Source of the DNA: Escherichia coli
Lineage (GTDB): Bacteria > Pseudomonadota > Gammaproteobacteria > Enterobacterales > Enterobacteriaceae
NCBI RefSeq assembly: GCF_003334815.1
Contig: NZ_QOWO01000013.1
Direction: 5' to 3' (one strand)
Length of the DNA stretch: 64,000 bases
The notes beneath the pieces are model-generated. The model was not told where the DNA came from and made no database searches. It worked only from the letters and a program-made list of their open reading frames with translations. The position numbers were made by a program, and so were the translations under genes. Positions within the stretch are counted from its first letter, which is position 1; the number at the start of each line of letters is the position of its first letter. Below are positions 38,228 through 49,746 of the stretch, in pieces.

Positions 38228-39253
38228 ATGAAAGCGTTATCCAAACTGAAAGCGGAAGAGGGCATCTGGATGACCGACGTTCCTGTACCGGAACTCGGGC
38301 ATAACGATCTGCTGATTAAAATCCGTAAAACAGCCATCTGCGGGACTGACGTTCACATCTATAACTGGGATGAGTGGTCGCAAAAAACCATCCCGGTGCC
38401 GATGGTCGTGGGCCATGAATATGTCGGTGAAGTGGTAGGTATTGGTCAGGAAGTGAAAGGCTTCAAGATCGGCGATCGCGTTTCTGGCGAAGGCCATATC
38501 ACCTGTGGTCATTGCCGCAACTGTCGTGGTGGTCGTACCCATTTGTGCCGCAACACGATAGGCGTTGGTGTTAATCGCCCGGGCTGCTTTGCCGAATATC
38601 TGGTGATCCCGGCATTCAACGCCTTCAAAATCCCCGACAATATTTCCGATGACTTAGCCGCAATTTTTGATCCCTTCGGTAACGCCGTGCATACCGCGCT
38701 GTCGTTTGATCTGGTGGGCGAAGATGTGCTGGTTTCTGGTGCAGGCCCGATTGGTATTATGGCAGCGGCGGTGGCGAAACACGTTGGTGCACGCAATGTG
38801 GTGATCACTGATGTTAACGAATACCGCCTTGAGCTGGCGCGTAAAATGGGTATCACCCGTGCGGTTAACGTCGCCAAAGAAAATCTCAATGACGTGATGG
38901 CGGAGTTAGGCATGACCGAAGGTTTTGATGTCGGTCTGGAAATGTCCGGTGCGCCGCCAGCGTTTCGTACCATGCTTGACACCATGAACCACGGCGGCCG
39001 TATTGCGATGCTGGGTATTCCGCCGTCTGATATGTCTATCGACTGGACCAAAGTGATCTTTAAAGGCTTGTTCATTAAAGGTATTTACGGTCGTGAGATG
39101 TTTGAAACCTGGTACAAGATGGCGGCGCTGATTCAGTCTGGCCTCGATCTTTCGCCGATCATTACCCATCGTTTCTCTATCGATGATTTCCAGAAGGGCT
39201 TTGACGCTATGCGTTCGGGCCAGTCCGGGAAAGTTATTCTGAGCTGGGATTAA
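38228..39253 (+). CDS. tdh: L-threonine 3-dehydrogenase
   Basis: ORF track 341 aa; zinc-ADH motifs GHEYVGEV and CGHCRNC. Confidence 0.95.
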   Translation: MKALSKLKAEEGIWMTDVPVPELGHNDLLIKIRKTAICGTDVHIYNWDEWSQKTIPVPMVVGHEYVGEVVGIGQEVKGFKIGDRVSGEGHITCGHCRNCRGGRTHLCRNTIGVGVNRPGCFAEYLVIPAFNAFKIPDNISDDLAAIFDPFGNAVHTALSFDLVGEDVLVSGAGPIGIMAAAVAKHVGARNVVITDVNEYRLELARKMGITRAVNVAKENLNDVMAELGMTEGFDVGLEMSGAPPAFRTMLDTMNHGGRIAMLGIPPSDMSIDWTKVIFKGLFIKGIYGREMFETWYKMAALIQSGLDLSPIITHRFSIDDFQKGFDAMRSGQSGKVILSWD

Positions 39254-39262
39254 CACGAACAA

Positions 39263-39286
39263 GGGCTGGTATTCCAGCCCTTTTAT
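39263..39286 (+). terminator. intrinsic terminator of kbl-tdh operon
   Basis: GGGCTGG-tatt-CCAGCCC followed by TTTTAT, 10 nt after tdh stop. Confidence 0.7.
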
Positions 39287-39491
39287 CTGAGGATAATCTG
39301 TTAAATATGTAAAATCCTGTCAGTGTAATAAAGAGTTCGTAATTGTGCTGATCTCTTATATAGCTGCTCTCATTATCTCTCTACCCTGAAGTGACTCTCT
39401 CACCTGTAAAAATAATATCTCACAGGCTTAATAGTTTCTTAATACAAAGCCTGTAAAACGTCAGGATAACTTCAGAGGTCGTCGGTAATTT

Positions 39492-40526
39492 ATGATGAAC
39501 AGCACCAATAAACTTAGTGTTATTATTCCGTTATATAATGCGGGCGATGATTTCCGCACTTGTATGGAATCTTTAATTACGCAAACCTGGACTGCTCTGG
39601 AAATCATTATTATTAACGATGGTTCAACGGATAATTCTGTTGAAATAGCAAAGTATTACGCAGAAAACTATCCGCACGTTCGTTTGTTGCATCAGGCGAA
39701 TGCTGGCGCATCGGTGGCGCGTAATCGTGGGATTGAAGTGGCAACGGGCAAATATGTCGCTTTTGTCGATGCTGACGATGAAGTCTATCCCACCATGTAC
39801 GAAACGCTGATGACCATGGCGTTAGAGGACGACCTCGACGTGGCGCAGTGCAACGCTGACTGGTGTTTTCGTGAAACGGGAGAAACCTGGCAATCCATCC
39901 CCACCGATCGCCTTCGCTCAACCGGCGTATTAACCGGCCCGGACTGGCTGCGGATGGGGCTTTCTTCGCGCCGTTGGACTCACGTTGTCTGGATGGGGGT
40001 TTATCGCCGTGATGTTATTGTTAAAAATAACATTAAATTTATTGCCGGATTACATCATCAGGATATTGTCTGGACAACAGAATTCATGTTTAACGCGCTG
40101 CGTGCGCGATATACCGAGCAATCATTATATAAATATTATCTGCATAATACGTCAGTGAGTCGGTTGCATAGACAAGGGAATAAAAACCTTAATTATCAAC
40201 GTCACTATATTAAGATTACCCGCCTGCTGGAGAAATTAAATCGAAATTATGCCGACAAAATTATGATTTATCCGGAATTTCATCAGCAAATAACTTACGA
40301 GGCATTGCGTGTTTGCCATGCGGTGCGCAAAGAGCCGGATATTCTTACCCGCCAACGGATGATTGCCGAGATATTTACTTCCGGTATGTATAAGCGCCTG
40401 ATTACCAATGTGCGCAGCGTGAAGGTCGGTTACCAGGCGTTACTGTGGTCTTTCCGCTTATGGCAATGGCGCGACAAAACGCGGTCGCACCATCGCATTA
40501 CGCGTAGCGCCTTTAATTTGCGCTAG
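39492..40526 (+). CDS. waaH: family 2 glycosyltransferase WaaH (YibD)
   Basis: ORF track 344 aa; GT2 N-terminus LSVIIPLYNAG...IIIINDGSTDNS and DxD (FVDADDE). Confidence 0.88.
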   Translation: MMNSTNKLSVIIPLYNAGDDFRTCMESLITQTWTALEIIIINDGSTDNSVEIAKYYAENYPHVRLLHQANAGASVARNRGIEVATGKYVAFVDADDEVYPTMYETLMTMALEDDLDVAQCNADWCFRETGETWQSIPTDRLRSTGVLTGPDWLRMGLSSRRWTHVVWMGVYRRDVIVKNNIKFIAGLHHQDIVWTTEFMFNALRARYTEQSLYKYYLHNTSVSRLHRQGNKNLNYQRHYIKITRLLEKLNRNYADKIMIYPEFHQQITYEALRVCHAVRKEPDILTRQRMIAEIFTSGMYKRLITNVRSVKVGYQALLWSFRLWQWRDKTRSHHRITRSAFNLR

Positions 40527-41472
40527 CGTTAAACTTCGCCGCTTCGGGCTGTTTGCCCCAGCCTTGCCACTGATGCTGGAAGTAAACGATCAGCGTGCTC
40601 TGGCTGATGCTTTCGCTTAATACTTCAAAGAAGCGATTAGCATAAACAGGTTCTATCGGTTTCTTCGGTTTGCACAGCTTCACGCCACGGAACGGATTAC
40701 GCGGTGCATCAGGCACAGCGTTTTTCGGCGGTGTAGAAGTATCAACCTGCGGTTCATTCAGCAAGCTGCTGGCTTTCACCAGCGTAATGTCTGGCGGCAG
40801 GTTATAAACCATCTGTTGCAACACGCGTACCGTTGCAGGGTGAGGATGCCCAATGGCAATGGTCGAACCGTTGCGACGCGCCAGGTCAATTGCGCGATTA
40901 AATTGCACACGGATGTCCGCTTCATTTTGCGAATCGTCGAGGAATACCTTCCGTTTGATCACCTTCACGCCAGTGCCTTGCGCGGCGCGCATCGCCTGGG
41001 TATTACCGATGGTTACGCTGTCGAGGAAGTAAAGATTGTAACGCTCCAGCGCCTGCATCACTTTCTGCATACCAAACAGGTTAGAGGTCATCTTGCTGCC
41101 CATGTGGTTGTTGATCCCCACGGCATAGGGCACGTTATTGACCGCACTACGAATAATGCGCTCAATTTCGTCGCTGCTCATCTCCGGGCGTAGCGTATTT
41201 TTCTCCAGCGGCTGTTTACTCAACGGTGCCATCGGGAGATGAATCAACACTTCGTGCCCGCTGTTATGCGCTTTGGTCGCCATCTCTCTGGCGTGCGGTG
41301 AATCGGGTAATACAGCGACGGAGATAGCGGAAGGCATCGCCAGCACCTGGTTTTCGTTGTGCGGGCGATACCCAAAATCATCAATGACGATGGCAAGTTT
41401 GCCAGCAAGTACGGGGGAGGAGAGCGCCAACAGAGCGGCAAATGCAAGAACGTTACGACGAAATGGAAACAA
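40513..41472 (-). CDS. yibQ: divergent polysaccharide deacetylase family protein YibQ
   Basis: ORF track 319 aa with N-terminal signal-like hydrophobic segment; 3' end overlaps waaH 3' end by 14 nt. Confidence 0.82.
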   Translation of the reverse strand: MFPFRRNVLAFAALLALSSPVLAGKLAIVIDDFGYRPHNENQVLAMPSAISVAVLPDSPHAREMATKAHNSGHEVLIHLPMAPLSKQPLEKNTLRPEMSSDEIERIIRSAVNNVPYAVGINNHMGSKMTSNLFGMQKVMQALERYNLYFLDSVTIGNTQAMRAAQGTGVKVIKRKVFLDDSQNEADIRVQFNRAIDLARRNGSTIAIGHPHPATVRVLQQMVYNLPPDITLVKASSLLNEPQVDTSTPPKNAVPDAPRNPFRGVKLCKPKKPIEPVYANRFFEVLSESISQSTLIVYFQHQWQGWGKQPEAAKFNASAN

Positions 41473-41475
41473 AAC

Positions 41476-42735
41476 TTATCTTCCCAACCACGGCTGTGGA
41501 TTGACCGCCTGACCCTGGCGGCGAATTTCGAAATAGAGTGAAGGCCGACCCTGACCGCCACTGCTGCCCACCAGTGCAATCGGCTGGCCCGCGCGAACCT
41601 GCGAACCAACGCTCACCAGTGCGCTCTGATTATAGCCGTAAAGACTCATGTCGCCTTTACCATGCTCAACCACCACCACCAGACCGTAGCCTTGCAGCCA
41701 GTCAGCCAGAATCACCCGACCGTCGGCAATCGCTTTAACTTCAGTACCTTCAGAAGCACCGATAACCATACCTTTCCAGCGTAATTCACCCTGTAGCTGT
41801 TCGCCATAGCGATGCAGCGTCGGCCCGCGAACCGGCCAGAATGCCTGACCACGCGGCGCGCCCAGACCACCGGTACGGGACATCAGCGATTTTTCGCTTT
41901 CGGTCGGTTTGTAGGTGGTGCCTTTGCGCGTCGCTTCTTTCTGGCGGTCGCGAACCGCCTGGGCCTCACGTGCTTCTCGTTCTGCACGCGCTTTCGCCGC
42001 GGCTTCCGCACGGGCAATGCTGTTACGCAGACGGGATTCGTTGGCGCGCAGCTCGCTCAACTGTTGCTGACCTTGCTGGATGGAAGACTCCAGCCCTGCC
42101 AGCGTCTTTTTACGCTCGTTCAGCGCCTGAGTCAGTTTCGCCTGTTGGGCGCGCTGCTCATATAACAGCGTTTGTTGCTCGCTCTGTTTCTCTTCCAGTT
42201 CAGCACGCTGCATGGCGACTTCTTCACGCGTTTGCTTCAACTGGGCAATGGTTTCTTGTCGCGCCTGGTTGAGATAGCCGAAATAAGCCTGTAAACGCTG
42301 TCCACGCTGGCTTTCTTCACCGCTGAGAATCAGCTGAATACCGGTATGCTCGCCCTGACGGAATGCGGCATCCAGTTGTGCGGCGAGGCTGCGCTCCTGG
42401 GCGGCTTTTTGCTGCTCCAGTTTGGCAATCGACGCGTTCATCTCATCAATCTGTTTATTGAGTTGATTGAGCGTGTTTTGCGTTTCGCGCAGCTTACGGG
42501 TGGCTTCAGAGATCGCTTCTTCCTGCTTTTTCAATTGTGCGAGCAGGCTTGCGCGTTGTTGTTGCTTTTGGCGTACCGCGCGCTCTTTTGCGGCGATGTC
42601 AGCCTGAATAGATTTGAGTTGGTCACGCTCATCCGCGTGGGCGGAAAAGGCGCACAACAATACGCCAGCGCTAAGAACGCTGGCGTAGATGATGGGCCTG
42701 ATTGCAAACCTGCGCGGTTTCACGGCCCGTGTCAT
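41476..42735 (-). CDS. envC: murein hydrolase activator EnvC (coiled coil + LytM/M23-like domain)
   Basis: ORF track 41476..42759; start MTRAVKPRR at ATG 42735 (419 aa); Gln/Ala-rich coiled coil. Confidence 0.9.
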   Translation of the reverse strand: MTRAVKPRRFAIRPIIYASVLSAGVLLCAFSAHADERDQLKSIQADIAAKERAVRQKQQQRASLLAQLKKQEEAISEATRKLRETQNTLNQLNKQIDEMNASIAKLEQQKAAQERSLAAQLDAAFRQGEHTGIQLILSGEESQRGQRLQAYFGYLNQARQETIAQLKQTREEVAMQRAELEEKQSEQQTLLYEQRAQQAKLTQALNERKKTLAGLESSIQQGQQQLSELRANESRLRNSIARAEAAAKARAEREAREAQAVRDRQKEATRKGTTYKPTESEKSLMSRTGGLGAPRGQAFWPVRGPTLHRYGEQLQGELRWKGMVIGASEGTEVKAIADGRVILADWLQGYGLVVVVEHGKGDMSLYGYNQSALVSVGSQVRAGQPIALVGSSGGQGRPSLYFEIRRQGQAVNPQPWLGR

Positions 42736-42768
42736 GGTATTAATCGCCTTTCCCCTCATGGGGAGGGA

Positions 42769-44313
42769 TTATTCCACGATGAACAGCGGCTTACCAGTCA
42801 TCTCTTGCGGGATTTCCATACCCATCAGCGACAACATGGTCGGCGCGATGTCAGAAAGTTTGCCGCCTTCAACCGCTTTCACGTTCTTATCACCAACGTA
42901 AATCAGCGGAACTGGCAGGTTGGTGTGTGCCGTGTGTGCCTGACCCGTTGCCGGATCGCGCATCTGCTCAGCGTTACCGTGGTCAGCGGTGATCAGCAGT
43001 TGTCCACCCACGGACTCAACCGCTTTCGCGACTTCTTCCACGCAGTGATCCAGCGCTTCAACCGCTTTAACCGCCGCTTCCATCACCCCGGTGTGACCTA
43101 CCATGTCGCCGTTCGGATAGTTACAGATGATGGTGTCGTATTTGCCGCTCTTGATGGCCGCAACCAGTTTTTCGGTCAGCTCTGCGGAGCTCATTTCCGG
43201 TTGCAGATCGTAGGTAGCCACTTTCGGTGAGTTGATCAGAATGCGATCTTCGCCTTTGAACGACTCTTCTACGCCACCGTTGAAGAAGAAAGTAACGTGG
43301 GCATATTTTTCGGTTTCGGAAATACGCAACTGAGTTTTGTCGTTTTTCGCCATCCACTCGCCGAAGGTGTTAACCAGGGAAGCGGGTGGGTAAGCAACCG
43401 CAGTTTTGATGTCAGCGGCGTATTCGGTCAGCATCACGAAATCGACGTTAACCACTTTCTTACGCGCGAAGCCATCGAAATCAGCGTTCACGAAAGCACG
43501 AGTGATTTCACGCGCGCGGTCAGCACGGAAGTTCATGAAAATCAGTGCATCGCCGTCTTCCATTGCCGCGTCTGGCTGACCTTCAGCACGGATAACGGTC
43601 GCTTTCACGAATTCATCATTTTCGTCGCGAGCATAAGCAGCCTGCAAACCAGCAACGGCGGTATCGGCCTGGAACTCGCCCTGCGCCAGAGTCAGCAGGT
43701 CATAAGCTTTTTCTACGCGATCCCAACGGTTATCGCGGTCCATCGCGTAGTAACGACCAATGATGGACGCTACGCGGCCTTTGCCCAGCGCGGCAAATTT
43801 TTCTTCGAATTTTTTCAGCGAGGATTCAGCACTGCGCGGCGGAGTGTCGCGACCGTCAAGGAATGCGTGCAGGTAGATTTTTTCTGCGCCGCGTTCAGCT
43901 GCCAGTTCTACCATCGCCATGATGTGATCTTCGTGGCTGTGTACGCCGCCTGCGGAGAGCAGACCCATAATGTGTACCGCTTTGCCTGCGTTTTTCGCTT
44001 TATCTACCGCGCCAGTCAGCACCGGATTAGCAAAGAAAGCGCGATCTTTGATTTCAACGTCCAGACGAGTCAGGTCCTGATACACGATGCGGCCGGCACC
44101 CAGGTTAACGTGGCCTACTTCGGAGTTACCCATCTGACGGTCAGGCAGACCGACTTCCAGACCGGAAGCGTCGATTAGGGTATGCGGACGATTGGCCCAC
44201 AGTGCATCCATTACCGGGGTTTTAGCACTAAAAATGGCGTTATCCTGCTGTTCTTCGCGATAGCCATAGCCATCCAGAATCACCAGTACCATAGGTTTTT
44301 TAGAAACCAACAT
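42769..44313 (-). CDS. gpmM: 2,3-bisphosphoglycerate-independent phosphoglycerate mutase
   Basis: ORF track 42769..44457; conserved start [19 protein letters not shown] at ATG 44313 (514 aa). Confidence 0.94.
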   Translation of the reverse strand: MLVSKKPMVLVILDGYGYREEQQDNAIFSAKTPVMDALWANRPHTLIDASGLEVGLPDRQMGNSEVGHVNLGAGRIVYQDLTRLDVEIKDRAFFANPVLTGAVDKAKNAGKAVHIMGLLSAGGVHSHEDHIMAMVELAAERGAEKIYLHAFLDGRDTPPRSAESSLKKFEEKFAALGKGRVASIIGRYYAMDRDNRWDRVEKAYDLLTLAQGEFQADTAVAGLQAAYARDENDEFVKATVIRAEGQPDAAMEDGDALIFMNFRADRAREITRAFVNADFDGFARKKVVNVDFVMLTEYAADIKTAVAYPPASLVNTFGEWMAKNDKTQLRISETEKYAHVTFFFNGGVEESFKGEDRILINSPKVATYDLQPEMSSAELTEKLVAAIKSGKYDTIICNYPNGDMVGHTGVMEAAVKAVEALDHCVEEVAKAVESVGGQLLITADHGNAEQMRDPATGQAHTAHTNLPVPLIYVGDKNVKAVEGGKLSDIAPTMLSLMGMEIPQEMTGKPLFIVE

Positions 44314-44557
44314 TGCGACAACCTCATACTCAAGAGTCAAAATTTGCGTAATTTTACTACAGCTGAATCGATAAAATAGCCTCTGAAGATCAAAATATAC
44401 GACCGCTCGCGGCAAGCCGATGCCAGATTTACGCTTTTTTTTCGTCGCGCCCCGCAAAATTGCATTCCAGTTAACGCGCTGGCTGTATTTGCCGCACCGC
44501 GCAGGTATACTCCTTTCCTGGTTTTTTTAATCACTACGTCGGGAGTTGTTACCCCCC

Positions 44558-44989
44558 ATGCAAGAAATTATGCAATTTGTTGGCCGTCATCCCATACTGA
44601 GTATCGCCTGGATCGCGTTACTGGTGGCGGTTCTTGTGACTACGTTTAAGAGCCTGACCTCGAAAGTGAAGGTGATTACTCGTGGTGAAGCTACGCGTCT
44701 GATCAACAAAGAAGACGCTGTGGTTGTGGATTTACGTCAGCGTGATGACTTCCGTAAAGGCCATATCGCAGGTTCTATTAATCTGTTGCCGAGCGAAATC
44801 AAAGCCAACAATGTTGGTGAGCTTGAGAAGCACAAAGACAAACCGGTTATCGTGGTAGACGGTTCTGGCATGCAGTGCCAGGAGCCTGCAAACGCACTGA
44901 CGAAAGCTGGTTTTGCGCAAGTATTCGTGCTGAAAGAAGGCGTCGCTGGCTGGGCTGGCGAAAACTTGCCTTTGGTGCGCGGCAAATAA
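44558..44989 (+). CDS. yibN: rhodanese-domain membrane protein YibN
   Basis: ORF track 44546..44989 (TTG); ATG 44558 gives 143 aa; N-terminal TM then rhodanese fold. Confidence 0.85.
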
Positions 44990-45130
44990 TTTACCTGTCG
45001 TCTTTCATGATGCAGGCCGTTAGCTGCAATTAGGCCCCCAGCGACTTATTGTTATAAGCTTCTGGGGACACTCCATTTTGCTGCCGCCCTGCAACATGAA
45101 ATTTCAGGGTAAAAAAACAGGAGCTAATTT

Positions 45131-45382
45131 ATGGCCAATGTTGAAATCTATACCAAAGAAACCTGCCCGTATTGCCATCGTGCAAAAGCACTGCTGAGCA
45201 GCAAGGGCGTGAGTTTCCAGGAGCTGCCGATCGATGGCAACGCCGCCAAGCGTGAAGAGATGATCAAACGCAGCGGTCGCACCACGGTTCCCCAGATTTT
45301 TATTGACGCACAGCACATTGGCGGCTGTGATGACTTGTATGCATTGGATGCACGTGGTGGACTGGATCCCCTGCTGAAATAA
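45131..45382 (+). CDS. grxC: glutaredoxin 3
   Basis: ORF track 83 aa; CPYC active site. Confidence 0.95.
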
Positions 45383-45444
45383 CGTGTGAACGTTGGCATT
45401 ACATTGCGCAGTATTTAAGGACAACACTTAAGGGTTTTCTACAC

Positions 45445-45912
45445 ATGTCAGAACAAAACAACACTGAAATGACTTTCCAGATCCAACGTATTTATACCAA
45501 GGATATCTCTTTCGAAGCGCCGAACGCGCCGCACGTTTTCCAGAAAGATTGGCAACCAGAAGTTAAACTTGATCTGGATACGGCATCTTCCCAACTGGCA
45601 GATGACGTATACGAAGTGGTACTGCGTGTTACCGTAACGGCCTCTTTGGGCGAAGAAACCGCGTTCCTGTGTGAAGTTCAGCAGGGCGGTATTTTCTCCA
45701 TCGCGGGTATCGAAGGCACCCAGATGGCGCATTGCCTGGGAGCATACTGCCCGAACATTCTGTTCCCGTATGCTCGTGAGTGCATCACCAGCATGGTATC
45801 CCGCGGTACATTCCCGCAACTGAACCTTGCGCCGGTTAACTTCGATGCGCTGTTCATGAACTATTTGCAGCAGCAGGCTGGCGAAGGTACTGAAGAACAT
45901 CAGGATGCCTGA
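45445..45912 (+). CDS. secB: protein-export chaperone SecB
   Basis: ORF track 155 aa [20 protein letters not shown]... Confidence 0.96.
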
Positions 45913-46931
45913 TGAACCAACGTAATGCTTCAATGACTGTGATCGGTGCCGGCTCGTACGGCACCGCTCTTGCCATCACCCTGGCAAGAAATGGCCACGA
46001 GGTTGTCCTCTGGGGCCATGACCCTGAACATATCGCAACGCTTGAACGCGACCGCTGTAACGCCGCGTTTCTCCCCGATGTGCCTTTTCCCGATACGCTC
46101 CATCTTGAAAGCGATCTCGCCACTGCGCTGGCAGCCAGCCGTAATATTCTCGTCGTCGTACCCAGCCATGTCTTTGGTGAAGTGCTGCGCCAGATTAAAC
46201 CACTGATGCGTCCTGATGCGCGTCTGGTGTGGGCGACCAAAGGGCTGGAAGCGGAAACCGGACGTCTGTTACAGGACGTGGCGCGTGAGGCCTTAGGCGA
46301 TCAAATTCCGCTGGCGGTTATCTCTGGCCCAACGTTTGCGAAAGAACTGGCGGCAGGTTTACCGACAGCTATTTCGCTGGCCTCGACCGATCAGACCTTT
46401 GCCGATGATCTCCAGCAGCTGCTGCACTGCGGCAAAAGTTTCCGCGTTTACAGCAATCCGGATTTCATTGGCGTGCAGCTTGGCGGCGCGGTGAAAAACG
46501 TTATTGCCATTGGTGCGGGGATGTCCGACGGTATCGGTTTTGGTGCGAATGCGCGTACGGCGCTGATCACCCGTGGGCTGGCTGAAATGTCGCGTCTTGG
46601 TGCGGCGCTGGGTGCCGACCCTGCCACCTTTATGGGCATGGCGGGGCTTGGCGATCTGGTGCTTACCTGTACCGACAACCAGTCGCGTAACCGCCGTTTT
46701 GGCATGATGCTCGGTCAGGGCATGGATGTACAAAGCGCGCAGGAGAAGATTGGTCAGGTGGTGGAAGGCTACCGCAATACGAAAGAAGTCCGCGAACTGG
46801 CGCATCGCTTCGGCGTTGAAATGCCAATAACCGAGGAAATTTATCAAGTATTATATTGCGGAAAAAACGCGCGCGAGGCAGCATTGACTTTACTAGGTCG
46901 TGCACGCAAGGACGAGCGCAGCAGCCACTAA
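45912..46931 (+). CDS. gpsA: NAD(P)H-dependent glycerol-3-phosphate dehydrogenase
   Basis: ORF track 339 aa; NAD-binding [10 protein letters not shown]; start overlaps secB stop. Confidence 0.95.
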   Translation: MNQRNASMTVIGAGSYGTALAITLARNGHEVVLWGHDPEHIATLERDRCNAAFLPDVPFPDTLHLESDLATALAASRNILVVVPSHVFGEVLRQIKPLMRPDARLVWATKGLEAETGRLLQDVAREALGDQIPLAVISGPTFAKELAAGLPTAISLASTDQTFADDLQQLLHCGKSFRVYSNPDFIGVQLGGAVKNVIAIGAGMSDGIGFGANARTALITRGLAEMSRLGAALGADPATFMGMAGLGDLVLTCTDNQSRNRRFGMMLGQGMDVQSAQEKIGQVVEGYRNTKEVRELAHRFGVEMPITEEIYQVLYCGKNAREAALTLLGRARKDERSSH

Positions 46932-47010
46932 CCCCAGGGAACCTTTGTTACCGCTATGACCCGGCCCGCGCAGAACGGGCCGGTCATTATCTCATCGTGT
47001 GGAGTAAGCA

Positions 47011-47832
47011 ATGTCGTGTGAAGAACTGGAAATTGTCTGGAACAATATTAAAGCCGAAGCCAGAACGCTGGCGGACTGTGAGCCAATGCTGGCCAGTTTT
47101 TACCACGCGACGCTACTCAAGCACGAAAACCTTGGCAGTGCACTGAGCTACATGCTGGCGAACAAGCTGTCATCGCCAATTATGCCTGCTATTGCTATCC
47201 GTGAAGTGGTGGAAGAAGCCTACGCCGCTGACCCGGAAATGATCGCCTCTGCGGCCTGTGATATTCAGGCGGTGCGTACCCGCGACCCGGCAGTCGATAA
47301 ATACTCAACCCCGTTGTTATACCTGAAGGGTTTTCATGCCTTGCAGGCCTATCGCATCGGTCACTGGTTGTGGAATCAGGGGCGTCGCGCACTGGCAATC
47401 TTTCTGCAAAACCAGGTTTCTGTGACGTTCCAGGTCGATATTCACCCGGCAGCAAAAATTGGTCGCGGTATCATGCTTGACCACGCGACAGGCATCGTCG
47501 TTGGTGAAACGGCGGTGATTGAAAACGACGTATCGATTCTGCAATCTGTGACGCTTGGCGGTACGGGTAAATCTGGTGGTGACCGTCACCCGAAAATTCG
47601 TGAAGGTGTGATGATTGGCGCGGGCGCGAAAATCCTCGGCAATATTGAAGTTGGGCGCGGCGCGAAGATTGGCGCAGGTTCCGTGGTGCTGCAACCGGTG
47701 CCGCCGCATACCACCGCCGCTGGCGTTCCGGCTCGTATTGTCGGTAAACCAGACAGCGATAAGCCATCAATGGATATGGACCAGCATTTCAACGGTATTA
47801 ACCATACATTTGAGTATGGGGATGGGATCTAA
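47011..47832 (+). CDS. cysE: serine O-acetyltransferase
   Basis: ORF track 273 aa; hexapeptide-repeat acyltransferase. Confidence 0.95.
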   Translation: MSCEELEIVWNNIKAEARTLADCEPMLASFYHATLLKHENLGSALSYMLANKLSSPIMPAIAIREVVEEAYAADPEMIASAACDIQAVRTRDPAVDKYSTPLLYLKGFHALQAYRIGHWLWNQGRRALAIFLQNQVSVTFQVDIHPAAKIGRGIMLDHATGIVVGETAVIENDVSILQSVTLGGTGKSGGDRHPKIREGVMIGAGAKILGNIEVGRGAKIGAGSVVLQPVPPHTTAAGVPARIVGKPDSDKPSMDMDQHFNGINHTFEYGDGI

Positions 47833-47846
47833 TGTCCTGTGATCGT

Positions 47847-47879
47847 GCCGGATGCGATGTAATCATCTATCCGGCCTAC
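47847..47879. repeat. REP-like palindromic element between convergent cysE and trmL
   Basis: GCCGGATGCG...ATCCGGCCTAC resembles the REP consensus. Confidence 0.5.
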
Positions 47880-47884
47880 AGTAA

Positions 47885-48358
47885 CTAATCTCTCAATACC
47901 GCTCCCGGATACCCCAACTGCCGCCAGGCTTCATACACCACTACCGACACCGCATTGGACAGATTCATGCTGCGGCTGTCCGGCACCATCGGAATGCGAA
48001 TTTTTTGTTCAGCGGGCAGGGCATCAAGAATGCTCGCTGGCAGGCCGCGTGTTTCCGGGCCGAACATCAGATAATCGCCATCCTGATAGCTTACGGCGCT
48101 GTGAGCAGGTGTACCTTTCGTGGTGAGGGCGAACAGGCGCTGGGGATTTTCTGCTTCGAGGAACGCGCGATAGTCATGATGACGCGTAACGGCGGTAAAC
48201 TCGTGATAGTCCAGCCCCGCGCGGCGCAGGCGCTTATCGTCCCAGGCAAATCCCATCGGTTCGATGATATGCAGACGAAAGCCGGTATTAGCGCAAAGAC
48301 GGATGATGTTGCCAGTATTTGGCGGAATTTCTGGTTCGTAAAGTACGATGTTTAGCAT
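47885..48358 (-). CDS. trmL: tRNA (cytidine/uridine-2'-O)-methyltransferase TrmL (SPOUT)
   Basis: ORF track 157 aa. Confidence 0.9.
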   Translation of the reverse strand: MLNIVLYEPEIPPNTGNIIRLCANTGFRLHIIEPMGFAWDDKRLRRAGLDYHEFTAVTRHHDYRAFLEAENPQRLFALTTKGTPAHSAVSYQDGDYLMFGPETRGLPASILDALPAEQKIRIPMVPDSRSMNLSNAVSVVVYEAWRQLGYPGAVLRD

Positions 48359-48416
48359 ACTGCCCCCTTAGTGCGGGGGCAGGATAGCAGAAAATTGGTG
48401 AGCAGTGCGGCCTTTT

Positions 48417-48547
48417 CCCCTCACCCCGGCCCTCTCCCCGGAGGGGCGAGGGAGAAAAAAAGAGTGCGGTGTCGTTTCAGAGTGAGGGAGTACATACAGC
48501 GCCGAACGGTCCCCTCTCCCTGAGGGAGAGGGTTAGGGTGAGGGGGC
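48417..48547. repeat. pair of inverted GC-rich hairpin repeats (CCCTCACCC-N3-CCCTCTCC-N4-GGAGAGGG type)
   Basis: copy at 48417-48453 and reverse-complement copy at 48509-48547, between lldD stop and trmL start. Confidence 0.6.
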
Positions 48548-48555
48548 GCAAACGA

Positions 48556-49746
48556 CTATGCCGCATTCCCTTTCGCCATGGGAGCCAGTGCCGCAGGCAA
48601 CTCTTTACCCAGCCCCTGCACCAGCGAATCTTGCGTAATTTCGCTGATCGATTTCGCGCCAGTCAGCGTCATCGCCACTTTCATCTCTTTTTCGATCAGA
48701 TTTAGCAGGTTAGCTACACCCGCCTGGCCCGCTGTTGCCAGCGCATACAAGAAAGCACGACCCAGCAGTACGGTGTCGGCACCGAGCGCAATCATACGCA
48801 CGACATCAAGCCCGTTACGAATTCCGCTATCCGCCAGAATGGCTATATCACCTTTCACCGCATCTGCAATAGCAGGCAGTGCACGGGCGGAAGAGAGTAC
48901 ACCGTCCAGCTGGCGGCCACCGTGGTTAGAAACCACAATTCCATCAGCACCAAAACGTACTGCATCGCGCGCATCTTCCGGATCGAGGATCCCTTTGATC
49001 ACCATCGGGCCATCCCAGAAATCGCGGATCCATTCAAGGTCTTTCCATGAGATGGACGGATCGAAGTTATTCCCCAGCCAGCCGATGTAATCTTCCAGTC
49101 CGGTCGGTTTGCCGAGATAAGCTGAGATATTACCTAAATCATGTGGACGACCGTTCAGGCCCACATCCCACGCCCATTGCGGATGTGTCACCGCTTGCAA
49201 GTAGCGGCGCATTGCCGCGTTCGGGCCGCTCATACCTGAATGCGCATCACGGTAGCGTGCGCCCGGTGTCGGCATATCCACGGTGAAAACCAGCGTCGAA
49301 CAACCCGCTGCTTTTGCTCGCTCCAGCGCGTTACGCATAAAGCCGCGATCGCGCAGTACATAAAGCTGGAACCACATTGGGCGCTTGATGGCTGGCGCGA
49401 CTTCTTCAATCGGGCAAACGGAAACCGTCGAGAGAGTAAACGGAATACCATGCGCGTCCGCCGCTTTGGCTGCCTGAACTTCGCCACGACGCGCATACAT
49501 GCCACACAAACCCACCGGAGCCAGTGCCACCGGCATCGACAATTTCTCATTAAACAGCGTCGTTTCCAGGCTTAAGTCGGACATGTTTTTCAGAATACGC
49601 TGGCGCAGCGCCACTTCTGACAAATCTTCCACGTTGCGGCGCAGCGTGTATTCAGAATATGCACCACCATCCATATAGTGGAACAGGAACGGCGGCAGAA
49701 TGCGTTGCGCTGCGGCGCGATAATCGCTGGCTGCGGAAATAATCAT
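48556..49746 (-). CDS. lldD: L-lactate dehydrogenase (FMN-dependent)
   Basis: ORF track 396 aa; start overlaps lldR stop. Confidence 0.95.
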
